Assembly: GCA_963707505.1 (NCBI GenBank)
Contig: CAVPQB010000004.1
Coordinates: forward strand, 1,056,001 to 1,120,000
Source of the DNA: an uncultured Gemmatimonadales bacterium
Lineage (GTDB): Bacteria > Gemmatimonadota > Gemmatimonadetes > Gemmatimonadales > Gemmatimonadaceae
Direction: 5' to 3'
DNA: 64,000 nucleotides
In this document: positions 12,880-24,065 of the stretch, piece after piece
How positions within the stretch are numbered: position 1 is the stretch's first letter
Layout: each line of letters starts with the position of its first letter
Made by a program: the position numbers and the translations under genes
The notes under the pieces: model-generated
The model's input: only the letters and a program-made list of their open reading frames with translations
What the model was told of the DNA's origin: nothing
Databases searched by the model: none

Positions 12880-14938
12880 ATGGCAAAGTTCGACTTGGTG
12901 GCACCTTTTGAGCCGGCCGGAGATCAGCCGAAAGCAATAGCCGAGCTTTCGCGCGGGCTTGAGCGCGGCGATCGGTTCCAGACGCTATTGGGCGTTACGG
13001 GCTCTGGAAAGACGATGTCGATTGCGAACGTGATCCAGGCGTATGGCAAGCCGACGCTCGTGTTGTCCCACAACAAGACGCTCGCAGCGCAGTTGTACGG
13101 CGAGATCAAGTCCTTCTTCCCGCACAATGCGGTGGAGTACTTCATCTCCTACTACGACTACTATCAACCCGAAGCGTACGTCCCGACGACCGACACCTAC
13201 ATCGAGAAGGATGCGTCGATAAACGAGGACATCGACCGGCTGCGGCTGCGCGCGACGTCGAGTCTGATGGAGCGCGACGACGTCATAATCGTCGCGACCG
13301 TTTCGGCGATTTACGGTCTGGGCGATCCGGTGCAGTATCGTGAGCAGATGGTGACGTTGCTGCAGGGTCAGAAGATCGCGCGCGACGACATACTTCGTTC
13401 ACTCGTGAAGATTCAGTACGGCCGCAACGACGTCGCGTTCGAGCGTGGCACGTTCCGCGTCCGGGGCGACACGGTCGAGATTCTGCCTGCGTATGAAGAG
13501 CAGGGCGTTCGCATCGAGCTGTGGGGCGACGAGATCGAGCGCATCAGCAAGATCGATCCGCTTACCGGCAACGTCATCGCCGCGCTGGAACGTGCGGCGA
13601 TCTATCCCGCGAAACACTTCGTTACGAGCCGGCCAACCATCGAGCGCGCAGTGCGGCGCATCCAGGCGGAGCTCGCGGAGCGTTTGCAGGAGCTGCGCAA
13701 CACCAACAAGCTGTTGGAGGCGCAGCGGCTTGAATCGCGCACCAACTTCGACATCGAGATGATGCTCGAGATCGGCACGTGCGCCGGAATCGAGAATTAT
13801 TCGCGGCATCTGTCGGGACGTGAGATCGGTGAGCGGCCGGCCTGTCTGTTCGACTACTTCCCCGACGATTTCCTCGTGGTAGTCGACGAGTCACACGTCA
13901 CGCTGCCGCAGATCGGCGGGATGTTCAACGGCGATCGCGCGCGCAAGCTGACGCTTGTCGATTACGGATTCAGATTGCCGAGCGCGCTGGACAACCGGCC
14001 GCTTACCTTCGACGAGTTTCTGTCGCTCACACCGCGCGCGATCAACGTGTCCGCAACGCCGGGCGACATCGAGCTGCGACTGTGCGAGGGTGTGGTGGTG
14101 GAGCAGATCATCCGGCCCACGGGGCTGATCGATCCGGAGATCGAAGTTCGGCCGGTGCGTGGTCAGGTGGACGATCTGCTCAAGGAGATCCGGCTTCGCG
14201 AGCGTAAGAACGAGCGTGTTCTGGTGACCACCCTCACCAAGCGCATGTCGGAAGACCTGACCGACTATCTGCAGCAGATGGGTGTTCGTGTACGCTACAT
14301 GCACTCGGACATCGACGCGATCGAGCGCATGGAGATCGTGCGCGGTCTGCGACTTGGTGAGTTCGACGTGCTGGTAGGAATCAATCTGCTGCGCGAAGGT
14401 CTGGACATGCCCGAGGTGTCGCTGGTGGCGATTCTCGATGCGGATCAGGAGGGATTTCTGCGCAGCGATCGCTCGCTCATCCAGACTACCGGCCGCGCGG
14501 CGCGGCATCTCAACGGCCGCGCGATATTCTATGCAGATCGCATAACCGGATCGATGAAGCGCTGCATGGACGAGACCGCGCGTCGTCGTGCGACGCAGCT
14601 TGCGTACAACACCGAACATGGAATCACACCGCGGAGCGTGGTCAAGAGCACCGATCAGGTTCGCTTCATCACTCGCGTGGCCGATGCACGCGTCGGAGCG
14701 ACAGGACAGGCAGGCCGAGCAGTCGCGCAGAGTCGCAGAAGCGTCCCCGGAATATTCCAGGATCGCCGACATCGATACGCTGATCAAGACGCTGGAGGAT
14801 GACATGAAGGTCGCCGCGAAGGACCTCGACTTCGAGAGTGCCGCGCGCATTCGTGACCAGTTGTTCGAGCTGCGTGCGCAGCGCGACAACAAGTCCAAGC
14901 GCACGTCGCCGTCACTGGCTGCGCTCCGGAACGAGTAA
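12880..14938 (+). CDS. uvrB: Excinuclease ABC subunit B; one +1 frameshift near 14700
   Basis: [38 protein letters not shown]; the C-terminal UVR domain [18 protein letters not shown] lies in the next frame. Confidence 0.95.
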
Positions 14939-15394
14939 TGGACGCGTATCATCACACGATGCCACCGCTCGCGACGCGTGGGCATCTCGTCATGAGCGAA
15001 CATGAGCTGATCGCGTGGGGCGAGCGGCTGGGCGCCGATTCGCATCCGCACCTCGTCATCGCGCTCACTGGCGAGCTGGGCGCAGGGAAGACGACGCTCG
15101 CGCAGGCGATCTGCCGCGGCTACGGCGTTACGCGAGCCCGTCACGAGTCCGACTTATGCGATCGTGCACGAGTACGCGGCGCTGCGTTCACCGGTGTTTC
15201 ACATCGATCTGTATCGCATAGAGCGCGTCGAGGAACTGGAGCAGATCGGCTGGAGCGACATAGTCGCTTCCAACGCGCTTGTGATCGTGGAATGGCCCGA
15301 GCATGCGGGCGAACTGCTTCCCGCGGGGCATCTTCCCATCGCTCTCGATTACGATTCGGAGCGTGCTGACCGTCGTCTACTTCTGGCGGGTTGA
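14938..15394 (+). CDS. tsaE: tRNA t6A biosynthesis ATPase TsaE; +1 frameshift near 15135
   Basis: GELGAGKTT, then in the next frame VTSPTYAIVHEY, HIDLYRI, IVEW. Confidence 0.88.
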
Positions 15395-16059
15395 TGCTCG
15401 GCCGCGTGCTGGTACTCGAGACGTCGACAGAGACGGGTTCGGTCGCAATCGCGCGCGACGGTGTGCTCGCCGCCGATCTGTCATTCGCGTCGCGCGACGC
15501 AACTGGCGCGCGCACCGAACCCATCGCACCTGCTGTTGTGCAGTGCCTCGGGCGCGCCACGATGCCCGTGCGCGACGTTTCCGCTGTCGTGTGCGGAGCA
15601 GGTCCGGGTGGGTTCACGAGCCTTCGGTCAGCTGCTGCGTTCGCCAAGGGAATCTGTTCTGCGCTCGCCATTCCGCTGTACGCCGTGTCGTCGCTGGAAT
15701 TGCTTGTGTGGAGCGCGATTACGCCCAGCGGATATCTTATTGCAGCGCTCCAGGCCGGGCGCGGCGAATGGTTCTGTCAGGATGCGAATCGTGACGGCGA
15801 TCGCACTGAATTGATCGGCGCGACGTATCTCGTGGGCGACGAAGAGCTGCGAGCGCGGGCGGTGCGAATGCACGCGCAATTGATCGGGCCGGGATTGGAA
15901 GTCGACGTCAGGCCCCTTGCGCGTGCCGTTGTTCCCAGATTGGGTGACATCGAGGCGCGCGGAGCGGTCGACCTGGATTCGTGGGAGCCGACTTATGGGA
16001 GACTTGCTGAGGCGCAGGTGAAGTGGGAGGCGGCGCACGGGCGGCCGCTGACGCCATGA
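15394..16059 (+). CDS. tsaB: tRNA t6A biosynthesis protein TsaB
   Basis: LVLETST..GSVA, GAGPGGFTSLR, VSSLE, WEPTYGR; tsaE-tsaB-rimI order. Confidence 0.88.
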   Translation: MLGRVLVLETSTETGSVAIARDGVLAADLSFASRDATGARTEPIAPAVVQCLGRATMPVRDVSAVVCGAGPGGFTSLRSAAAFAKGICSALAIPLYAVSSLELLVWSAITPSGYLIAALQAGRGEWFCQDANRDGDRTELIGATYLVGDEELRARAVRMHAQLIGPGLEVDVRPLARAVVPRLGDIEARGAVDLDSWEPTYGRLAEAQVKWEAAHGRPLTP

Positions 16060-16610
16060 CTGCAACGGTGCGTATCGCCGAGCGTTCGGATCTTGGGGCG
16101 GTCATCGCCATCGAACGTGCGTCGTTCGGCGATCCGTGGACGCGCGGAATGTTTGGTACGCACCTGACGTCCCAGGGCGGCAATAATTTTCTAGTCGCCG
16201 AGCAAGCCGGTAGCATCGTTGGCTACGCCATCACCGTGGCCGTATCGGACGAATCCGAGCTACTGAATATCGCAGTCGATCCTGAGCATCGAGGTCACGG
16301 TCTCGGCGCGTTGCTGCTGGACGCCGCGATGGATCGTTGCAGCCGAAGCGGTGCGAAGGAGATGTGGCTGGAAGTGCGCGCGTCGAACGCGGGAGCGCGC
16401 ACGCTGTACCGCAGTCGCGGATTCGCCGAAATGGGGGTTCGCAAGCGATATTATCATGCGCCGCGAGAGGACGCGATCGTGCTTCGATCCGACCTTCGCT
16501 CACTCGTGCGCAATGAAATGGTGACAGAAACGGCAACCGGCTTTCCCGCTGGAGTCCGAGATCCCATACTTTCATCGGCGAGCCACTTTCCTCGCCAGGA
16601 GAACAAATGA
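16056..16610 (+). CDS. rimI: Ribosomal-protein-alanine N-acetyltransferase (GNAT)
   Basis: IERASFGDPW, LLNIAV..HRGHGLG, WLEVRASN, GVRKRYY..PREDA. Confidence 0.88.
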   Translation: MTATVRIAERSDLGAVIAIERASFGDPWTRGMFGTHLTSQGGNNFLVAEQAGSIVGYAITVAVSDESELLNIAVDPEHRGHGLGALLLDAAMDRCSRSGAKEMWLEVRASNAGARTLYRSRGFAEMGVRKRYYHAPREDAIVLRSDLRSLVRNEMVTETATGFPAGVRDPILSSASHFPRQENK

Positions 16611-17114
16611 GCCGAAGCCTCAATAAAGCGATGTTGATCGGGAATGTCGGGCAGGACCCGGAAGTTCGTTCGACCACCAACGGGGGCCGCGTAGCGACGT
16701 TCTCGCTCGCGACGTCACGCACCTGGAACGGGCCGTCGGGCGACCGTCAGGAAAAGACCGAATGGCACCGCTGCGTCGTCTGGAACGCCGGACGTGGCCA
16801 GGGTGCAGAGAAGGGAATGGGACTCGCCGATGTGGTCGAGAAGTACGTCAAGAAGGGCGACAAGCTGTACGTCGAAGGGCCTATCGAGTATCGCCAGTGG
16901 CAGGACAAGGAAAACCAGACGCGCTACACGACCGAGATCCGCGTTCGCGAGCTCGTGATGTTGAGCTCGCGCGGCGGCGGTGATTTCGACGGCGAGGCTC
17001 CGCCGTCACGCTCCGCGCGGCCAGCCGCCGCGAAGAGCGGCGGCGGGCCACGGCGGCGAGTTCGAGGATTTCCCGGCGGCGTTGCAGGACGAGGACGACG
17101 ATCTGCCGTTCTAG
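16607..17114 (+). CDS. ssb: Single-stranded DNA-binding protein; +1 frameshift near 17045
   Basis: LNKAMLIGNVGQDPEVR, TEWHR, RYTTEI; the acidic tail EDDDLPF* ends at 17114 in the shifted frame. Confidence 0.92.
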
Positions 17115-17124
17115 GCTGGATTGA

Positions 17125-17156
17125 GTCGGTCGGCTCACGAACCGGAGCCGACCGAC
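17125..17156. terminator. Hairpin between convergent ssb and hydrolase genes
   Basis: GTCGGTCGGCTC-8 nt loop-GAGCCGACCGAC, perfect 12-bp stem; no clear U-tract. Confidence 0.55.
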
Positions 17157-17163
17157 GCAAAGG

Positions 17164-18216
17164 TCACGCAGTCCCGAACGCTCGCATCAGACCGTTCGCG
17201 GCGAACAGCACGGCGTCCTCGGCTTCCTGCAGTACATCGCCCATGCCGAAGAATTCGTGTGTGACGCCATTGTACGTACGCTGCTCCGTCGCGACGCCAG
17301 CGCTCTGAAATTGCCGAGCGAGTGCTTCACCTTCGGACCGTAGCGGGTCCAGTTCGGCGCTGACGATCGTCACTGGCGGAAGATCCGAGAGGTCCGCCTT
17401 GTCCAGAGCGATTGCCGGTAGCTCACCGTCAGTCGGATTCCTCAGATAGTTGTCGAAGAACCAGCGCATCGTCGCCGTGTTGAGCGGCTTCGCCCGAGTC
17501 ATCTCGCGATACGACGCGGTATCGAAGTCGTAGCCAGCGACGGGATAGACAAGAACCTGATACACCGGGGCCTGCAGTCTGTCATCTCTTGCTCTCATGC
17601 AAACATTGGCGGCCATGTTTCCGCCCGCGGACTCACCCACTACAGCGACAAGCGCCGGATCGCCGCCCAGGTCCGCGGCATTCTCGAGTGTCCACCTGTA
17701 CGCCGCGTACACGTCGTCGTGCGCTGCGGGAAACCGATCCTCCGGGCCGCGGCGGTAGTCCGTCGAGACGACAATGCAGTGTGCAGCGTTGCACACTGCG
17801 CGCGCCGATCTGTCGTAAGTATCGATGTCGGCGATTACCCATCCACCGCCGTGTACGTAGAGCGCGACCGGTAACTTTTTCTCTTCGCGAGCGGATGCAG
17901 GCTTGTAGATGCGAATGTCGATGTCGCCCGCAGGGCCATCGATGGTCTTGTTGTCCATGCTTCCGACGTCCCGCGGTGCGGTGTTCTCGTCCCGCTCGTC
18001 GAGCAACTTCTTGACTGCGTCCGCCGGCGTCGGTTGCCTGCGCGCTTCGCGTGCATCGAGTTCCGGGATCGGCTTGCCGTGTAATGATTCGAGCATGTCG
18101 AGCACCTGCGCCATTTCCATGGTCGGCTCGCGTCCGCCGAACATGGATGTCATCTGTATCGCCAACTCGTCGGAGTTCTCGCTCCGATCGCCTGGATTCA
18201 TTTCGCCAATACTCAT
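17164..18216 (-). CDS. Alpha/beta hydrolase (HSL-like esterase/lipase)
   Basis: HGGGW oxyanion motif, GESAGG nucleophile, ELDPLR, GVTHEFF. Confidence 0.9.
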   Translation of the reverse strand: MSIGEMNPGDRSENSDELAIQMTSMFGGREPTMEMAQVLDMLESLHGKPIPELDAREARRQPTPADAVKKLLDERDENTAPRDVGSMDNKTIDGPAGDIDIRIYKPASAREEKKLPVALYVHGGGWVIADIDTYDRSARAVCNAAHCIVVSTDYRRGPEDRFPAAHDDVYAAYRWTLENAADLGGDPALVAVVGESAGGNMAANVCMRARDDRLQAPVYQVLVYPVAGYDFDTASYREMTRAKPLNTATMRWFFDNYLRNPTDGELPAIALDKADLSDLPPVTIVSAELDPLRSEGEALARQFQSAGVATEQRTYNGVTHEFFGMGDVLQEAEDAVLFAANGLMRAFGTA

Positions 18217-18300
18217 CGACGTCCCCTCTCTGCCGGTCTGCGTCCCCCGCCGATCTGATCACCGTCGCATGTACGACCAGTGGCCGCTATCGCCGTCGTG

Positions 18301-18807
18301 CTATTCTTCTTCCTCTTCGTCCGCCGCCTCGATGTTGATCGACGACTCGGCGATTGCGGTCAGGGCTTCGTCGGTGTCACGTTCCTCGTCGAGTGTTTGC
18401 TGGAGCAGCGACTCGTGGTCGTCGTGCCCCAGCACGCGGGCCCACGTACGAACCGTACCGTAACCGGCCATCTCGTAATGCTCGACGTGTTGGGCGGCCG
18501 CGATGAGACCAGCGTCGAGTACGTCCGGCTCGGGTCTTTCCTTGATGAGTTCGCTGCCTTCCTTGAGAACACCTTCCATTCCCACGCACTTCTTCCCGGT
18601 CGGTTTCTCCCCGAGCGAGCGGAAGATGCGCTCGAGGCGCTTGACGTGTTGCCTGGTCTGTCGTTCGTGTTTTGTGAATCCCTGCTTGAGCTGTCGGTTG
18701 CTCGCAGCCTTGATCATGCGAGGAAGTGCTTTCAGGATCTGGTTCTCCGCGCTGTAAAGATCCTTGAGTTCGTCGACGTATAGCTCGTTTAAGGTATCCA
18801 GTTCCAC
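18301..18807 (-). CDS. Ferritin-like stress protein, DUF892/YciF family
   Basis: LKDLYSAENQI, HVKRLERIF, CVGMEG, QHVEHYEMAGYGT, TLDEE..TD; GGAGG 8 nt before GTG. Confidence 0.9.
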   Translation of the reverse strand: MELDTLNELYVDELKDLYSAENQILKALPRMIKAASNRQLKQGFTKHERQTRQHVKRLERIFRSLGEKPTGKKCVGMEGVLKEGSELIKERPEPDVLDAGLIAAAQHVEHYEMAGYGTVRTWARVLGHDDHESLLQQTLDEERDTDEALTAIAESSINIEAADEEEEE

Positions 18808-18853
18808 TTGCACCGCCTCCGTTGAGTGTTCGCCCGTGTGTCTGAACGAAGAA

Positions 18854-18870
18854 GGCAAGGGGTATGCCCG
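18854..18870 (-). promoter_or_regulatory. Putative sigma-54 (-24/-12) promoter of the DUF892 gene
   Basis: Minus strand reads CGGGCATACCCCTTGCC: GGCA-N6-TTGC, i.e. GG-N10-GC. Confidence 0.6.
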
Positions 18871-19022
18871 CGGCGGCGTGGCGGCCGAATGCGACCTTCA
18901 AGTATCGGCGCCACGGCAGTACCGGTGGACTGATATCGTCTGACCTATCTGTCGAATTACAGCGCGTGTGTAGTCCCCGATCGGACAGCGGCACAGTGTG
19001 CGGATTCACATCTGCTGAAACC

Positions 19023-21224
19023 TTACTTCGGGTGGAACTGCCTGTCGAAGTAGCCCACCGTTGCCGAATCGGCGCTCCCCCAGGACGCATGCCGCAGGAA
19101 TCCATGGATCTCGTCGGGGATCACCATCTCCTCGTAGCTCACTCCGGCGGTCGAAAGGCGCCGCGCCAGGTCGACGGTCTCGTGAAAGTGGACGTTGCGA
19201 TCGTCGTCGCCCTGAATCAGCAACACTGGACTCTTCCATGTCGCGATTGCCGACACCGGAGATGAATTCCACGCAACGTCCAGCGCCTTCTTGATATCGC
19301 TCTTCTCATAACGCTGCTGCGCGTTGATGAGCCTGCTTGCCGATTCATCCAGCCAGTTGTGAACCCCGTGCATGTCGACGCCCGCCTTGAAGATGTCGGA
19401 GTTGTGCGCGAGCGCCATCGCGGTGAGGAAGCCACCGTACGATCCGCCCCAAATTCCGATGCGTCGCGGGTCGACCGATGCGAGTGAGCGTAGATACTCA
19501 CCGCCGGCCTTCACGTCCTGATACTCCGACGCGCCTGCCGATCCCGCGTGCGCAGGATGGTGGAAATTGTGTCCGTAACCTATTCCGAGTCTGTAGTTCA
19601 CCGATAGCACGATGTAGCCGTGATTCGCGAGGTACTGATTGACCGCGTACGAGTTCGAGTAGTAGTCCATGTAATGCCAGCCGAGCATCATTTGGCGCGG
19701 AGGACCACCGTGCACGAAGACGATGCCGGGCTTCCTGGCCGAGCCGCCGTCGTTGCGCTCGAACAGCTGGCCATGCACTACTGTTCCGTCGGCCGCCTTG
19801 AACGTTACCGGCTTCGGAATCACCAGAGCTGCCGTCGGGAATGAAGCCGGAATCGTTTCTTCTGCGAGCGCGCGGGGCGAGCCACCGTTGATTGGGATGA
19901 CCATCGGCAGAGTCGGCCTCTGCGCGCCTGCACCGACGAACGCGACCGTGCTCCCGTCGCCCGTTACGAACGGCGTCCACTCGAGGCCGGCGCCGGACGT
20001 AAGTGCGACAGGCGCCGCACGATCGACCGGTACGCGGAAGATGTGACGCCGGTCGCCGTCGCCGGGAGTGTTGCCGGTGTTTGCGCTGTATACAAGCGAT
20101 TTGCCATCCGGCGACAGAGTGATGAACTCCGCCATGAACGATCCCGGAGTGAGCAGCAATGGCGTGCCACCGGATTCGGCGACCGAATATAGATGTGGCC
20201 ATCCATCCGTGTCGTTCAGGAACACGATGCGTCCACCGGCCGCCCATGACAGATTGGTCCCTCCGTCAGTGTTGGGTACGGAGCTCAACAACGTATTGGC
20301 GCTCTGCCAGACCAGTCGTCCCGAACCTGTTGCAGCGTCGGCGGTCCAAATTGCCCAGGGCCGCGGGTGGAGCTCCAATGCGGTTTCCGGCGCGCCGCCA
20401 GTGCCCGGCGTGCGCACGAACGCGATGCGCGTTCCATCCGGGGACCACTTCGGGGACCGGTCGTGTGATGTCGAAGGAGCGAGGTAACGGATCGGCGTCG
20501 AGTCCGACGTAAAGATGCCAATGAAGCTGTGGTCGCCACGGCTTGAAACGAAGGCGAGCCGGTCGCCGTTGGACGACCATGTGGGCGAGCCACTGCTTCC
20601 ACGCGCGAAAAAGAGCTGTCTGGCCGCGTTTGATCCGTCGATCGGCACCGTCCAGATCGCCTCGCCTTTCGTGAACGCAACGCGATCACCGCGCGGAGAG
20701 ATCACGGGCTCGTCACCCTCCGCGAGCAGTTTCGGCGGCTGGTTCGAGGCGCCGTCCACGTGGACCGCCCATATCTCGACTTTTGGCTTGATCGGCGAAT
20801 GATCCGGATCGGGTGGCAGCCCTCCCTCGGCGGCCCAATTCGCGTCGTGGTCACCGCCGCGCACGTACACGACCCACTTGCCATCCGGCGACACAGCGAG
20901 ATTCGTGAGCTCCTGTCCGTCGTCCGCGTGATAATCCGTGAGTGCGCGCGCCTTGAAGTCGGGCCCGTCAGCAGTCCAGATATTCCGCACGCCGGATGCG
21001 TCGATGACCCAAGCAATGCGCGAAGATTTCGGCGAAGCCGTCAGTCCGGTTGCGAACGGGTAGCTCAGCACCTGCTCCAACGTAAATGAGCCATTCGGTC
21101 CCGCGGCGCGGTTCGTCTGTGCGCCGGCGTTGACGGTGATTGCTGCTGAAAGGCAGAGCCCGGCGATGGACATACCAGCGGCGATACGCATCCCACCACG
21201 AATTATTGCACGGAGAGCCAACAT
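19023..21224 (-). CDS. Secreted S9-family serine peptidase (prolyl oligopeptidase/dipeptidyl aminopeptidase clan)
   Basis: Signal-like N-terminus, PD40/beta-propeller repeats (WSPDG), HGGP, GGSYGG nucleophile, QGDDDRNV (Asp), EIHGF (His); start codon uncertain (21224-21272). Confidence 0.9.
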   Translation of the reverse strand: MLALRAIIRGGMRIAAGMSIAGLCLSAAITVNAGAQTNRAAGPNGSFTLEQVLSYPFATGLTASPKSSRIAWVIDASGVRNIWTADGPDFKARALTDYHADDGQELTNLAVSPDGKWVVYVRGGDHDANWAAEGGLPPDPDHSPIKPKVEIWAVHVDGASNQPPKLLAEGDEPVISPRGDRVAFTKGEAIWTVPIDGSNAARQLFFARGSSGSPTWSSNGDRLAFVSSRGDHSFIGIFTSDSTPIRYLAPSTSHDRSPKWSPDGTRIAFVRTPGTGGAPETALELHPRPWAIWTADAATGSGRLVWQSANTLLSSVPNTDGGTNLSWAAGGRIVFLNDTDGWPHLYSVAESGGTPLLLTPGSFMAEFITLSPDGKSLVYSANTGNTPGDGDRRHIFRVPVDRAAPVALTSGAGLEWTPFVTGDGSTVAFVGAGAQRPTLPMVIPINGGSPRALAEETIPASFPTAALVIPKPVTFKAADGTVVHGQLFERNDGGSARKPGIVFVHGGPPRQMMLGWHYMDYYSNSYAVNQYLANHGYIVLSVNYRLGIGYGHNFHHPAHAGSAGASEYQDVKAGGEYLRSLASVDPRRIGIWGGSYGGFLTAMALAHNSDIFKAGVDMHGVHNWLDESASRLINAQQRYEKSDIKKALDVAWNSSPVSAIATWKSPVLLIQGDDDRNVHFHETVDLARRLSTAGVSYEEMVIPDEIHGFLRHASWGSADSATVGYFDRQFHPK

Positions 21225-21340
21225 TTGCTTCCTCTGTTCAGACTGGAGAACCCGCGTCAGGTATACATGCACATGGCGAATGTGGCGCCGCCGGTCCGAA
21301 CCGCAAGATCCGGGAATTCGCCCGTTCCGGATACTCCCCC

Positions 21341-21391
21341 TTGACAGTCGTCAAGTAATGGTGAAAATTCAACACAGTTGATTTTTCAGCA
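21341..21391 (+). promoter_or_regulatory. Promoter of blaI with two tandem palindromic operator-like sites
   Basis: TTGACA at 21341; TGGTGA-AAAT-TCAACA (21359-74) and AGTTGA-TTTT-TCAGCA (21376-91). Confidence 0.65.
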
Positions 21392-21425
21392 GCCTCAGAC
21401 CGTCCCTTATCAGTCGAGCATTCGC

Positions 21426-21833
21426 ATGGCTTCCAGGCGCACCGCAACAGTTGCTCCCGCCCCTTCGTTCTCCCGCCGCGAACGGCAGGTCATGGACATT
21501 CTGCACCGGCACGGCGAAGCAACAGTCGCGGAAATCATGAATGATCTTCCCGATCCTCCGACATATTCTGCAGTGCGGTCGGTGTTGCGCATTCTCGCGG
21601 AGAAGGGCGTCATCCGCCACAAGGAAGACGGTCCGCGCTACGTTTACTCGCCGGTGCGACCGACCGAAACGGCACGCGAGGACGTTCTTGCACATGTCGT
21701 CAGAACTTACTTCGCTGGCTCTCCGGAGCAGGCGGTCACAGCGTTGCTCCGCATGTCCGATACTGACATGACCGAAGACGACGTGCAGCGCCATCGCGAC
21801 ACGATTCGTCGCGCACGGCAGGAGGGGAGATAA
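21426..21833 (+). CDS. BlaI/MecI/CopY family transcriptional repressor
   Basis: SRRERQVMDILHRHGEATVAEI, YSAVRSVLRILAEKG, GPRYVYSP, TYFAGS; precedes an M56 peptidase. Confidence 0.92.
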   Translation: MASRRTATVAPAPSFSRRERQVMDILHRHGEATVAEIMNDLPDPPTYSAVRSVLRILAEKGVIRHKEDGPRYVYSPVRPTETAREDVLAHVVRTYFAGSPEQAVTALLRMSDTDMTEDDVQRHRDTIRRARQEGR

Positions 21834-21835
21834 CC

Positions 21836-24011
21836 ATGTTGCCACATTCTCTTGCCAGCGTTGGGCCTGTTCCGCTGGGAAAACGCGCCACTCCTGATGC
21901 TCCTGGTGAAGGCGACGCTGATCCTCATCGGCGCGCTCGGTGTAACGCTGGCCATGCAACGCGCGGCAGCCGGCGCGCGTCACCTCGTCTGGCTCGTCAC
22001 GCTCGGCGTGCTGTTGCTCGTTCCGGCGCTCACACTCTGGGCGCCGATTCATCTTCGGATTCTCCCCGCGTTGGCTACGACGAGTGCTCCTGTATCGAAT
22101 GTGGACGTCGCAGCCACTCGACACGCTTCGACACAGCTGGGCGACGACGCGGCAGCCGCAAGGAATCCGCTCGATCTCGCTGCGTCGCAGCACTCGGTCG
22201 CGTCTGAAACTTTGGTAGCGACTCGGACGTCGGGCGTCGCGGCGCGGATCCGTAACACAGATCCGTTGACGATCCTGCTAGTCGCCTGGCTCGCGATTGC
22301 ACTCGCGATAACGGCCACGCTCGCATACGCAGCACTGTCGCTACGACGCATCGTTCGCAACAGCGTTCCGTTGACTGGGAGAGAATGGCTCGACACAGTC
22401 TGGGAGATTTCCGATCGCATTGGCCTGGAGAAAGCACCGCGGTTGTTACAGAGCAGGGAGACGAATATGCCATTCGCGTGCGGTACACTACACCCAACGA
22501 TCGTCCTTCCAGTCGAGAGCGAGGGATGGTCGCCGGAGCGACGCAGTGCCGTACTGCTACACGAGCTCGCGCACGTGCGCCGCAGAGATCTCGTCGGTCA
22601 CACACTCGGCCGCATCGCTTGCGCGGTGTACTGGTTTCATCCCCTGGTGTGGACGGCAGCAAAGCGACTGCGCTCCGAGAGCGAGCGTGCGTGCGACGAT
22701 CTGGCTTTGATGTGCGGCACGCGCGCGGCGGATTACGCCGAGCATCTCCTCGACATCGTTATTTCCGTGCGCGGTGATCGTACGCCGATGGTTGCGCTCG
22801 CGATGGCGCGCAGGAAGGAATTCGAGGGTCGTATGCTCGCGATTCTCGATCCGCAGGCCCGGCGTTCGACTCCAAGTCGTTGGAAAACCGGTGCGCTCGT
22901 CGGCTCGCTCGGCATGCTCTCCATTATTGTTGGCGCCGCTGCGCCCATGCCTCGCGCCGCTCCAGCAACGCCATCACCGATCATCAAGACGCGTGTCGTG
23001 GAGGCATCGCACGTCGTGACGACGCCACAGGTTGTGGCAATGCCGCGAGTTGCGCTCCCGTCAGGAGTCTCCGATCGGACGGATGGTCACGACGCGAGCA
23101 ACACGCTCGCCGGTGCTGCAGCGCAATTCGGAATGAAGGTTGCTTCCAGCGTATTGTCGCAAGCACAAGGTTCGTTGCCACCTCTCGCTCCAAAAGTGGG
23201 CGCTGGTGCTTCGGCTTCTGGGGTTCCGATCAACGGGATAGTGGTCAAGCCCAACTTTTCGTTTGACGCGAGCTTCGATTCGAAGACGCCGGACGAGCGC
23301 GCCGAGCTGCTCGCAAAAGTTCTTGCGACGGACACGAACGCGGAATTGCGCAGGACAGCAGCATGGGGACTCTCGAAGTACGTCGAGAACCCCATTGCCT
23401 CGTCGGCGTTGACACGTGCACTGCTTCACGATGCAAGCGCGTCGGTGCGCGAAACAGCTGCATGGGCGCTCGCGCGGGACCATCGCGACTCCGCGCACTC
23501 GGCCGTCAGCGCGCTCACGACGGCGCTTCGCGGTGACGCCAGCGACTCCGTTCGCGCGACAGCCGCATGGGCGCTCGGCAGCATTCACGATGACTCGGCT
23601 ATCCCTGCGCTCACTGCGGCACTCGCAGACAAAAACGCTGATGTGCGTAGCAAGGCAGTGTGGGCGCTTGGGACTGTGCGGCCGAGATCAGCGCCGAGCG
23701 CACTCGTTGCGAAACTGCATGATAGCGACCCGGATGTGCGCAGCCTCACTGCATGGGCGTTGTTCACGATCCGCGATACAACTTCCATTCCGGCACTGCA
23801 GGCCGCGCTCCGCACCGAGACCGACAAGGACATCCAGGTCGACTACATCCGCGCGCTCGGCGCGATGGGCGAGGAGTCGCTGAGCGCCATTCGCAGTCTT
23901 CTCGAATCGTCGGATCCCAAGGTCAAATCGATGGCGGTCGATGCGTTGGCCGGCGGCAATGCCAGCGGTCCATGGCCGTGGCCATGGCCGGAGCCGCGAC
24001 CGTACCCGTAG
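21836..24011 (+). CDS. BlaR1/MecR1-type M56 membrane metallopeptidase with C-terminal HEAT-repeat domain; probable +1 error in the first codons
   Basis: N-terminal TM helices, LLHELAH zinc motif, WFHPLVW, SERACDD, further TM, then VRxxAAWALG HEAT repeats; ATG 21836 follows an RBS and the main frame opens at 21852. Confidence 0.9.
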
Positions 24012-24065
24012 GAGCCTTGCGAGTGCGCGCGTAACTCGGCCCGACGCCGTTACGCGCGCATGTTT

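Noticed and set aside
16483..16498. TTCG..TTCG pair upstream of ssb as a further SOS site
   Set aside because: Spacing is 8 rather than 7, and it lies inside the rimI coding region
16500..16610. C-terminal extension of RimI
   Set aside because: Probably read-through into the ssb upstream region; no domain evident
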